DNA from: Nitrospirales bacterium
GTDB lineage: Bacteria > Nitrospirota > Nitrospiria > Nitrospirales > UBA8639
Assembly: GCA_963555755.3 (NCBI GenBank)
Contig: OY820905.2
Span: forward strand, 1-64,000
Direction: 5' to 3'
DNA: 64,000 bases
Below the pieces are notes generated by a model. It had not been told where the DNA came from. It made no database searches and saw only the letters and a list, made by a program, of their open reading frames with translations. A program made the position numbers and the translations under genes. This document shows, in pieces, positions 29,720 through 39,407 of this stretch (the stretch's first letter is position 1; every line of letters begins with the position of its first letter).

Positions 29720-32377
29720 ATGAAAAAGATCGATCGATGGTCCATTCACGTTCTCAACCTCTTCGTGATCCTGATCCTGATGACTTCAGTGGCCTGGGCC
29801 CAAAACGTGGTACAACTACCTCACCAATCCCTTCCCAGTTTTCTGGGCTATGTGGAAGATGAATTTATAGTTGTGTTCACCCCTGAGGCCCGGAGAAATG
29901 TGACGGTCACCCAAGGTCAGGGTGGGAAGCCCCAGGTGAATCTACCTTCGATCAATGCCCTTACTAACCAGTATGGGGTTCAGCGCTTCCAACGACAATT
30001 TCCGCAGGCGAAACCGCAGGCGACGACTTCTCAGTTCGTTGACCTCACCGGGCATTATAAGGTCCTCTTGAAACCTGGACGAAACTTGAATCAAGCCCTT
30101 CACGCCTTTGAGGCCAATCCGAATGTCGATCATGTCGAAAAAATCGGTGTGCATACCCTCTCGCTGACTCCGAATGATCCCTATTATAAAGATTCGCCCA
30201 ATGCCAGTTTCCCGTATGATCAATGGCACTATTGGGATCTTAACGGGATTGATGCCAGTTCCGCCTGGGATACCGAAACGGGGGATTCTACGGTGGTGGT
30301 GGGAATTCTTGATAGCGGGACTCGTTACTTCCACGTGGACTTAGGAGGCGACAGCGCACCCTGGGGTCCCGACAATCCCTTTGCCGGAGGGAATATTTTT
30401 ATCAATCCCGGGGAAATTCCCAATAATGATACAGATGATGATAACAACGGGTTCGTCGATGACACGATTGGGTGGGATTTTGTCACCAATGCGGGTGGCG
30501 CCGGACTGTCCTGTATTGATCAGGACTGCTCAGGAACGGACAATGATCCTGATGATGGCGACGGCCATGGGACCCACACGAGTGGCACGGTGGCGGCTAT
30601 CACCAATAATGATGTTCTGGTGGCAGGCGTGGCTGGAGGAAGTGGAGCCGGGAACGGGGTCAAGATCCTTCCTTTACGGATCGGGTTTCACGCCAAGTAT
30701 CGAGGGCAAGTCACCGGTGTCGTCCGTATGGACTGGGCTGCGGAAGCCATGAATTACGTGGCGGGTCTTGTGGATGAGGGCATTAATGTCGCGGCCGTCA
30801 ATTGCTCCTGGGGGTCATCGAACTCTGGAGGGCTGAACGCCGCCGTCGATAACCTGTTGGCGCATGGTGTGATGATCATCCATGCCGCCGGGAACAGTAA
30901 CTCTAGCAGCCCCGACTTTCTGGGGAATAAAGCAGGAGTCATGAATGTGGCGGCGACAGATGCAAATGGCAATGGCGCCAGTTTCACCAACCATGGCTCC
31001 TGGGTTGATGTTGCCGCGCCAGGGGTCGATGTCGTGAGTACCTACCGCAGTCCCAGTGATCCTGATCCCGAACACCACTACATTGCAGTAATCAGTGGAA
31101 CTTCGATGTCGGCTCCCCATGTCTGTGGGATTGCTGCCCTCCTCGAATCCTGTAATGCAGGTCTCAGCGGGGAGGACAAGTTCAAACTGATCGTCGATCA
31201 TACGAATTCATATTCTGACAACCGAAAACTCGGCTCGGGAATTGCGAATGCTGATCTGGCCCTCGCCGCCGGCTGCAATGGGGTCTGCGATATTGTGGCC
31301 GATTTCAGCGCATGGCCAACCTCTGGTACCGCCCCCTTGATAGTGGATTTCACCAACTCGTCCACTGGGACGGACATTAACACCTGGTTATGGAATTTTG
31401 GAGATGGAGAGGGCTCGACCGAAAAAACCCCGACACATACCTACACGGCCAGCGGGACTTACACGGTAAGCCTCACGGCTTCCAGTAGTGTCTGCTCCGA
31501 CTCGGAAACGAAGACGGCGTTTGTGACGGTGAGTGTACCACCCATTGCTGAATTTAGTAGCGATGTGATCTCGGGGACTGCGCCGTTGACCGTGACCTTT
31601 GCGGATCTTTCGACTGAGGCACCAACTTCCTGGTCGTGGGACTTTGGCGATGGGAGTGGAACCTCCACCGCCCAACATCCATCCTATACCTATAACAACG
31701 TTGGCACGTACACGGTTATGTTGACGGCGACGAACAGTGCTGGGGATGACACGGAAACCAAATTTGACTATGTCATGGTCACTCAACCGCCAGTGCCTAC
31801 CAGCGATTTCAGTGGTACACCGACTTCGGGAACTGCGCCGTTGACCGTGACCTTTACGGATCTTTCGACTGAAGCACCAACTTCCTGGTTGTGGGATTTT
31901 GGCGATGGGGACAGCTCCACCACCCAGAATCCTTCTCACACCTATAGTATAGCTGGCACCTATACCGTGGCGTTAACAGTAACGAATGGTACCGGATCCG
32001 ACACAGCCACCAAGGTAAATTATGTGACGGTTAACGAACCAACAGATCCCATGATGATGAGTGTCGTTGATATTGTGGTGACCAAACAGAATTTGGGAAA
32101 GGGCAATAAAGAGGGGGTGGCGGTCGTGACCGTCCGCGATGATGCGGGGAACCTTGTGGCCAATGCTACGGTTACAGGAGATTTTTCTGGTAAAACTTCG
32201 GACGAGGGATTAGAAGGCGTGACAGATGCGAATGGCCAAGTTGCGTTCTTTTCCAGTGTCGCTCGTGGTGGAGGAGAATGGTGCTTTGAAGTCACCAATG
32301 TCACCCATGGTACACTCACTTATGATTTGGAGGGTAATATTGTGACTCTTTCATGTGAAAGTGGGGATGTGCCCTAG
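29720..32377 (+). CDS. Secreted S8 subtilisin-like serine protease with three PKD domains
   Basis: Signal peptide; ILDSG, HGTHTSG, AAGN, SGTSMSAPHV; repeated WDFGDG PKD units. Confidence 0.95.
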   Translation: MKKIDRWSIHVLNLFVILILMTSVAWAQNVVQLPHQSLPSFLGYVEDEFIVVFTPEARRNVTVTQGQGGKPQVNLPSINALTNQYGVQRFQRQFPQAKPQATTSQFVDLTGHYKVLLKPGRNLNQALHAFEANPNVDHVEKIGVHTLSLTPNDPYYKDSPNASFPYDQWHYWDLNGIDASSAWDTETGDSTVVVGILDSGTRYFHVDLGGDSAPWGPDNPFAGGNIFINPGEIPNNDTDDDNNGFVDDTIGWDFVTNAGGAGLSCIDQDCSGTDNDPDDGDGHGTHTSGTVAAITNNDVLVAGVAGGSGAGNGVKILPLRIGFHAKYRGQVTGVVRMDWAAEAMNYVAGLVDEGINVAAVNCSWGSSNSGGLNAAVDNLLAHGVMIIHAAGNSNSSSPDFLGNKAGVMNVAATDANGNGASFTNHGSWVDVAAPGVDVVSTYRSPSDPDPEHHYIAVISGTSMSAPHVCGIAALLESCNAGLSGEDKFKLIVDHTNSYSDNRKLGSGIANADLALAAGCNGVCDIVADFSAWPTSGTAPLIVDFTNSSTGTDINTWLWNFGDGEGSTEKTPTHTYTASGTYTVSLTASSSVCSDSETKTAFVTVSVPPIAEFSSDVISGTAPLTVTFADLSTEAPTSWSWDFGDGSGTSTAQHPSYTYNNVGTYTVMLTATNSAGDDTETKFDYVMVTQPPVPTSDFSGTPTSGTAPLTVTFTDLSTEAPTSWLWDFGDGDSSTTQNPSHTYSIAGTYTVALTVTNGTGSDTATKVNYVTVNEPTDPMMMSVVDIVVTKQNLGKGNKEGVAVVTVRDDAGNLVANATVTGDFSGKTSDEGLEGVTDANGQVAFFSSVARGGGEWCFEVTNVTHGTLTYDLEGNIVTLSCESGDVP

Positions 32378-32440
32378 AGTGGAAGAGGCTGACTTCCTAT
32401 TTTAAACTGATCCAAAGTTGGGAAGAAAACAAAAATCAAA

Positions 32441-32475
32441 AGAGCCCCACGCCTTCGGGTGTGGGGTTTTTTTTT
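32441..32475 (+). terminator. Rho-independent terminator
   Basis: GCCCCACGCC-TTCG-GGTGTGGGGT followed by a T run. Confidence 0.8.
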
Positions 32476-32513
32476 ACGCCTCCCCATCACAATGGCTGTG
32501 TATGGCGAATTGC

Positions 32514-33306
32514 GGTAATTTCAACTTAACGATCGATGGGCACATTGAACCAGCTAAGCCAAGCTGCTTATGCGCACATCACTTCCTCCCAGACCTGAAA
32601 GGCCTGGGTCCGCAAAATGCGATAATTAACCGCCTGCATGAGGTGGCGGCCGAGACGAAAGAGATTCTGTGTGAGTCCGTGTAACATCAAAAACCGTTGA
32701 GCGTGAGTTGCTGAAGAAAACCCTCCCATATGATATTCTTGTTGCCGCGTGGGTTGGTGTGACACTTCCGCTCGGTTATTCGCGTAGACCGCATTGATAT
32801 GCTCGACGGTCGGCATGACGACCCGGTGTGCGGCGCCGTAGCTTTTGAGTGTGTCGGTTATCATCCAGCGCGGCTCACGGCCTTGGCCTTTCAGTAAACG
32901 GCGGAAGAAGCGCACCGCCGCGTGTGTATTGCGTCGGCGTTGCACCAACATATCAATGGTATCGCCGTCTTGATCCACGGCTCGCCAGAGATACTGCTGT
33001 TCGCCTTGGATGGACACAAACACTTCATCAAGATGCCACGTATCACCAAGACGACCTTGTCGCGTCTTCAATTTCCGTGCATAGGCTGGCCCAAACTTTC
33101 GGCACCATTGACGAACGGTTTCATAGGTGACGGTGATGCCACGTTTGGCCAGCAATTCTTCGACTTCACGGAAACTGAGGCAGAAACGATGGTACAACCA
33201 GAGGGCATGGCTAATAATTTCAGAGGGAAAACGGTGACGTTGGTAGCTGGGCGGTTTATTTTTCATACAGCCCAGTCTGCCAAGTGCAACTTAAATTGAC
33301 AATACC
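32514..33306 (-). mobile_element. IS6-family element (transposase 32568..33266)
   Basis: 793 bp; TIR TTGACAATACC; WHLDEV, YLWRAVD, NNRAEVSH. Confidence 0.95.
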
Positions 33307-33307
33307 C

Positions 33308-33428
33308 TCAGACCCTCTGCGGAAGGTGAACTCCCGCAGGTCAGACGGCCGTGTCTCCAGATTGCCCCCACAACGCGGTCTTTGGTACTTTGCGGTTCAG
33401 TCAAAAATGGCTTTTAAAATTCCTATTC
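33308..33428 (+). mobile_element. Orphan ISCR-like oriIS end (divergent relative)
   Basis: Aligns with 34940-35050; ends GGCTTTTAAAATTCCTATTC. Confidence 0.7.
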
Positions 33429-33503
33429 TCCCAATTGATAGCTGGATGATGAACGGATAATTAGAAATCTTTTTTCAGAAAGCCCTACTTATAACCCGCA
33501 TCG

Positions 33504-34238
33504 TTAGGTGTCATGTGTTTTAGAAGAGGACATGCCCAAACGGTGGATATCCTTTAATTCGTTTTCCGTGATATCTCGCCAATGGCCAACAGGCATGTCC
33601 AGGGAGATATTCATAATTCTTACCCGTTTCAATTGAGTGACCCGATAATCCAAGTATTCACACATTCTTCTAATCTGACGGTTCAAGCCTTGAGTGAGAA
33701 TGATCTTGAATTTGAACTTACTGAGCCGCTTGACTTCACACTTGCGTGTTACGGTGTCAAGAATCGAGACGCCATTACTCATTTTTTCAATAAACTCTTT
33801 GGTGACTGGTCTGTTGACCGTGACCATATATTCCTTTTCATGGTGATTTCTGGCCCTGAGAATTTTGTTAACGATATCACCGTCATTCGTCAGGAAGATC
33901 AGGCCTTCACTTTGTTTGTCTAATCGACCGATCGGGAAAATACGTTTGGGGTAATTGATAAAGTCGATGATGTTGTCCTTTTCTACTTTGGTATTTGTGG
34001 TGCAGACAATGCCTACTGGCTTGTTGAAGGCGATATACACAAATTCTTCTTTAGGGGTGGAGATTAAATTACCGTCAACTCGCACTTCATCTCCCTCGCT
34101 GATTTTAGTTCCCATTTCTGGCACCTTGCCATTGATGGTTACTCGGCTTTCTTCAATCAACTTGTCCGCAGCTCTTCTTGAGCAATAGCCCACTTCACTG
34201 AGGTACTTGTTGATTCTTGTTTGAGGTGTTTCGTTCAT
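33504..34238 (-). CDS. rluF: 23S rRNA pseudouridine synthase (RluF/RsuA family)
   Basis: S4 domain [37 protein letters not shown]. Confidence 0.85.
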   Translation of the reverse strand: MNETPQTRINKYLSEVGYCSRRAADKLIEESRVTINGKVPEMGTKISEGDEVRVDGNLISTPKEEFVYIAFNKPVGIVCTTNTKVEKDNIIDFINYPKRIFPIGRLDKQSEGLIFLTNDGDIVNKILRARNHHEKEYMVTVNRPVTKEFIEKMSNGVSILDTVTRKCEVKRLSKFKFKIILTQGLNRQIRRMCEYLDYRVTQLKRVRIMNISLDMPVGHWRDITENELKDIHRLGMSSSKTHDT

Positions 34239-34429
34239 TTGTTGCGGACCAAGTTAAAACTTTCAGTATTATTAACATCGATTGAAAAGCTAATTCAATG
34301 GTGTATGTTCACGGATGTGAACGGTAAGTAGGACCGAACCCTAAAATGAAGCGCGCGGTATTTTTATCCCGACTTCCCTGCGGGCACAAGGAAACATTGA
34401 ATCCGATTGTTTATCTAAACTTGCACTGG

Positions 34430-34524
34430 CGGATCTTCCCCCCATGTTTTCACCCTAAGCTGTTGGAATTCTTTAGGAAAGTACGGGTCAAGTACGGGTC
34501 AAGTACGGGTCAAGTACGGGTCAA
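34430..34524 (+). repeat. Orphan IS1634 left end followed by (GTACGGGTCAA)x4
   Basis: 34430-34480 matches 12051-12100; four exact 11-mers at 34481-34524. Confidence 0.9.
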
Positions 34525-34549
34525 GTCTTTTGTTGACTAATACTTTTCC

Positions 34550-35053
34550 GAGGCCGCCCCGGTGCCGAACCTCGTCGATGGGAACAGCGAGCTCTCCTCG
34601 GTCTCCACGCGGGCCCGCATGAGCTGGGCGCAATTACTCAAGCGAATCTTCGCCATCGACATCACCACCTGTCCGCAGTGCGGCGGCCCTTTGACCATCC
34701 TCGCGGCTATTGAAGATCCCACCGTGATTGCCAAGATTCTCGCGCACCTGGGCTTGCCCACCCGCGCTCCACCACGAGCCCCGGCCCGGCTCGACCCGTT
34801 CCTACAAACGGCCTAAGCTCCCCCAGGATTCCGGTTCAGTGTCGGAGCCGACACTCCCCCTTTGCCCAGTTCCCCCACTCCCACACCACAATGGAACGAC
34901 AGGTTGACCCGATCCTGGGAAAATGGGCCCTGCCGCACCATCTCGCCGTGGAACTCCCGCCTTTCAGACGGTAACGTCTGCAAATTGACTCCGCAACGGG
35001 GTCTTTGATACTTTCCGGTTTAGGCAAAAAGGCCTTTTAAAATTCCTATTCCC
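34550..35053 (+). mobile_element. IS91/ISCR-like remnant with oriIS (right arm of the inverted duplication)
   Basis: Mirror of 1586..2090. Confidence 0.85.
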
Positions 35054-35682
35054 GATTACGTTTTGACTCGGCTAATTTTCGGGTTACTTCGGCTTGTTTC
35101 TGGCTATTGTCTATGGGGGTATGGAGATGACATTCGGTAATGCGATGCAGCTTTTGGCTGAAATGGGTTTCCGTACTGGTGATTTAATGCCTGGATTCAG
35201 TGTTGGGCTTAACCCGGCATGTTCAAGGCGAAGCCTAACAAAGGTATAGATCCATTACTATATTGTTATTAGACTAATTGCCCGGTGCGGGTAATTCCAG
35301 TTAATCTTTGTTTAGAGAAGCTTGTTTAGAGAAGTTCAGTTCCTCGCGACACGTTGAACCGGCTGGACGGACGGACTTGGTCTAAAGGCTTTGTATTTGC
35401 AAGCTGATATAGGTATGGTGGCGAGCCATGATTCTGGAAAATGCTTTGGCTCAACCAAGCGCTCACCCAAACATTGGTGTGCCAGGAAAATTTTCAAATG
35501 CCTATTTTGAAATGCATATAGTACGCTATCAGTATTTTATCGGGCCCCAGCTCACGTCGCCCATGAGGTGAGCACGAGTTATAAAATTTTCCTACGCCTG
35601 TCAACAGCTTGCATCTCTTCTTCGCTCCCAACGGCGTTTTTCAGGATAATTTTCCGGTAAGTTTTTATCTCCTGAGTCCTCT

Positions 35683-36885
35683 ATGCCTTCACATCAAACG
35701 ACTGCTTTACCTGTTATTAGTTTAAAGCCCAAATCCGATCGTCGAATTAAACATGGCCATTGCTGGGTCTACAGTAATGAGATCGATATTGAGCGAAGTG
35801 GCTTTAAATCGATGGCCGCAGGCCAGGTGGGAACATTGCTCAATGCCAACCAGGAAGTGTTGGGGAGCGCTTACTTCAATCCCCCCACACTTCTGTGTGG
35901 CCGTTTGTTTAGTCGAAAAGCAGGCCAGGCGCTGGATTACCCGTTCATAGGCAAGCGACTGGAGTTGGCGTTGAAGTGGCGAGAATCCTGTTATAAAGAG
36001 CCTTTTTATCGGCTGGTGTATGGCGACGGGGATGCTCTGCCCGGCCTGGTTGTAGACCGATATGGCGATGTGTTGGTCATGCAGGTGACTACGGCTGGAA
36101 TGATGGCGGTGCTCGATATCCTGGTGAGCGCACTGGTCGATGTGGTTGCTCCAGCGGGGATTTTGTTGCGCAATGAAAACGACAATGAACCGGAAGGCCT
36201 GGTATCGCGTACCGAAGTTGTTCACGGTGAAGTGCCAGAGTATGTCGATATTATCGAAAACGAGACGACTTTTAAGGTCCCGGTTATGGGTGGTCAAAAA
36301 ACCGGTTGGTTTTACGATCATCGGGAGAGTCGCTCGCTGCTGGCCAGTTACGCTAGGGACAAACGTGTATTGGATGTCTACAGCTATCTGGGGGCTTGGG
36401 GTTTACAGGCGCTTCGTGGTGGAGCGGCATCGCTGTGCTGCGTTGACAGTTCCGGGCCCGCGCTAAGCCTGGCCAGCGAGTCCGCAGCGAAGGCGGGATT
36501 TGAAAAGCAATTTACGGCGCTAAAATCACCGGCAATCGACGCATTAAAAGCACTGCAGAAGCGCGGTGAAAAGTTTGATGTGGTTGTTCTCGATCCGCCG
36601 GCTTTTATCAAGCATCGCAAGGACCAGCGCAGCGGTGAAAAAGCCTATCATCACATTAACCAGCTAGCGTTAAAACTGCTGGACCAGCAGGGCTTGTTAG
36701 TCAGCGCCTCTTGCTCTCTGCACTTGCAGCGCGATGCGTTGACAAGGATAGTGCAGACTGCGGGATACAAGGCGGGCCGCAGTACATCGATAGTGTATCA
36801 AGGTGGGCTGGGCGCAGACCATCCAGTCAATGCGGCGATGCCAGAAATGGACTATCTAAAAGCGGTGTTTGCGCGAATCGATTGA
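35683..36885 (+). CDS. RlmI-like class I SAM-dependent rRNA methyltransferase
   Basis: GHCWVYSNEI PUA domain, DALPGLVVDRYG, GQKTGWFYDHR, LDPPAF, SASCS. Confidence 0.9.
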   Translation: MPSHQTTALPVISLKPKSDRRIKHGHCWVYSNEIDIERSGFKSMAAGQVGTLLNANQEVLGSAYFNPPTLLCGRLFSRKAGQALDYPFIGKRLELALKWRESCYKEPFYRLVYGDGDALPGLVVDRYGDVLVMQVTTAGMMAVLDILVSALVDVVAPAGILLRNENDNEPEGLVSRTEVVHGEVPEYVDIIENETTFKVPVMGGQKTGWFYDHRESRSLLASYARDKRVLDVYSYLGAWGLQALRGGAASLCCVDSSGPALSLASESAAKAGFEKQFTALKSPAIDALKALQKRGEKFDVVVLDPPAFIKHRKDQRSGEKAYHHINQLALKLLDQQGLLVSASCSLHLQRDALTRIVQTAGYKAGRSTSIVYQGGLGADHPVNAAMPEMDYLKAVFARID

Positions 36886-36956
36886 GTGCTTGCATCATCC
36901 CTGATGCAGACGGTTTTAGCTGGGCCTGGATAACAGTAATAGCTAGCTTCTGTGCC

Positions 36957-37108
36957 GGTTCTGTCGCAAATAGCGAAATGGTGAAAAATCCTATGGGTTT
37001 TTGTCCCGTCCCAGATTAGAAAACCCCTGTAATTTTGGCAATTCCTGTTTGCAAAATATGGAGATCAAACCTTTCAATACCTTCAAAAACGCTATTTGCG
37101 ACAGAACC
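36957..37108. mobile_element. 152-bp IS6-type MITE (GGTTCTGTCGCA ends); also 41887..42038 and 48395..48546
   Basis: TIRs match the IS6 element at 53725..54520. Confidence 0.9.
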
Positions 37109-37190
37109 GTTTTTTGACCATACGAGAAGATCACTCTTTTCGCAGCGAGGAACGCTGATGCAATCTCCCGTCTAATATTTGTGACAACGA

Positions 37191-38009
37191 TTGCTGACTC
37201 TGTTCGTCCATCTGATTGCGAGACCAAACATGAGCGAGAATACTGAATTTGAAAAGGGAGTCAGGGCGTATGCAGAGGGGGACTACGCAACCGCTCTCCT
37301 TGAGTTCAGACAACTTGCCGAAAAAGGATATGCCGCTGCCCAGAACGATCTCGGTGCAATGTACGCTAATGGAGTGGAGGTGCCCCAAGACTATCAGGAG
37401 GCAGCACAGTGGTTTCACCGTGCTGCCGCGCAGGGGCATGTCCGTGCCCAGTACGCTCTGGGTGTGATGTATAAAAAGGGAGAAGGGGTGCCCCAAGATG
37501 CTGAGGCAGCGGTGCGCTGGTGGCGACGTGCTGCCGAGCAGGGTTATGCTGATGCCCAGAGCAATCTGGGTGTGATGTACCACAGGGGAGAGGGAGTGCC
37601 TCAGGACTATCTGGAAGCGGTCAAGTGGTATCACCGTGCTGCTGAGCAGGGTCATGCTGCTGCCCAGAGCAATCTGGGTGTGATGTACCATAGGGGAGAG
37701 GAGGTGCCTCGGGACTATCTGGAGGCGGTCAAGTGGTATCACCGTGCTGCTGAGCAGGGACATGCCTTTGCCCAGAGTAATCTGGGTGTGATGTACGCCA
37801 AGGGAGCAGGAGTTCCCCAAGACTACGCACGTGCGCATATGTGGTTCAACATTGCTGCATCATCAGGGAAGGACTATGCGAGGGAGATAAGAGAGGAAGC
37901 GAGGAAGATGAGAGGTAAAGTTGAAAAGAAAATGTCTTCCGCTCAAATCACCGAGGCAGAACAACTCGCAAGAGAATGTATCGAGAAGAACTACAAAGGG
38001 TGGTGCTGA
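37191..38009 (+). CDS. Sel1-repeat (TPR-like) protein
   Basis: Five 36-aa AQxNLGVMYxxGEGVPQDxxEAVKWYxRAAEQG repeats. Confidence 0.92.
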   Translation: MLTLFVHLIARPNMSENTEFEKGVRAYAEGDYATALLEFRQLAEKGYAAAQNDLGAMYANGVEVPQDYQEAAQWFHRAAAQGHVRAQYALGVMYKKGEGVPQDAEAAVRWWRRAAEQGYADAQSNLGVMYHRGEGVPQDYLEAVKWYHRAAEQGHAAAQSNLGVMYHRGEEVPRDYLEAVKWYHRAAEQGHAFAQSNLGVMYAKGAGVPQDYARAHMWFNIAASSGKDYAREIREEARKMRGKVEKKMSSAQITEAEQLARECIEKNYKGWC

Positions 38010-38404
38010 ACCGGGAAGAACGCTGATGACCTGTGGATCTCGAATTCGTAATTGTCTGCAAATAGTTAAGAATTTCAATGGACTTTCGAGGCGAATGAAT
38101 TTATAGAAAGGACAGGGAGGCCGGATGAGTTTTTGACCATACGGGTTAAAAAACTCAAATGGAGAAAGCTAAGACAAAACCTGCTCAATGGCCCTCAGGC
38201 AGCGGCGAACAGGAATTCGCCATGCACAGGGTTGCGGACGGTTGGTAATCTGAGTCAGACTTATCGGCAGGGTCCGAAGCGGAGGTTACTATGCCCTCGG
38301 CAAAGAAGCCCACGCGCAAACAAGGTAAGAAGCGGCGGCAGGCTGGAAAAGAACAAAGTCAATCGTCCTCCCGCCGGAGCAAGGTCGCGACGAGTACCCA
38401 GGAT

Positions 38405-39197
38405 GGTATTGTCAATTTAAGTTGCACTTGGCAGACTGGGCTGTATGAAAAATAAACCACCCAGCTACCAACGTCACCGTTTTCCCTCTGAAATTATTAG
38501 CCATGCCGTCTGGTTGTACCATCGTTTCTGCCTCAGTTTCCGTGAAGTCGAAGAATTGCTGGCCGAACGTGGCATCACCGTCACCTATGAAACCGTTCGT
38601 CAATGGTGCCGAAAGTTTGGGCCAGCCTATGCACGGAAATTGAAGAAGCGACAAGGTCGTCTCGGTGAGACGTGGCATCTTGATGAAGTGTTTGTGTCCA
38701 TCCAAGGCGAACAGCAGTATCTCTGTCGAGCCGTGGATCAAGACGGCGATACCATTGATATGTTGGTGCAACGCCGACGCAATAAACAAGCGGCTGCGCG
38801 CGTCTTCCGCCGCTTACTGAAAGGCCAAGGCCGGGAGCCGCGCTGGATGATTACCGACACACTCAAAAGCTACGGCGCCGCACACCGGGTCGTCATGCCG
38901 ACCGTCGAGCATATCAATGCGGTCTACGCGAATACCCGAGTTGAAGTGTCACACCAACCCACGCGGCAACAAGAATATCATATGCGAGGGTGTTCTTCAG
39001 CAACGCACGCTCAACGGTTTTTGACGGTACACGGACTCACCCAGAATCTCTTTCGTCTCGTCCGCCACCTCATGCAGGCGGTCAACTATCGACTGTTGCG
39101 CACCCAGGCCTTTCAGGTCTGGAAGGAAGCGGTGTGCGCATAAGCAGCTCGGCTTAGCTGGCTCAATTTGCCCATCGATCGTTAAGTTGACAATACC
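38405..39197 (+). mobile_element. IS6-family element (transposase 38445..39143)
   Basis: 793 bp, TIRs GGTATTGTCAA. Confidence 0.95.
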
Positions 39198-39407
39198 ATA
39201 TTTTGTCGTTGATGAGGTCGCGTCTCTCTGGAATAGGTGTGAGGATACAAAGGGAAAGTACGGGGCATTCCGTTCTGGCGTAGGATTAGCAACATGTTCG
39301 GTATTTTATATCATACCGCTTTCACTCTATAATTAACCAGTTGGGCAAGTACCAACAGGTATTTTTCAAGCAAAAGACCGGGTGTTGTTTATAATATCCG
39401 TTATTTT

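Noticed and set aside
34481..34524. Possible CRISPR array
   Set aside because: Exact 11-bp tandem with no spacers and no cas genes in the window
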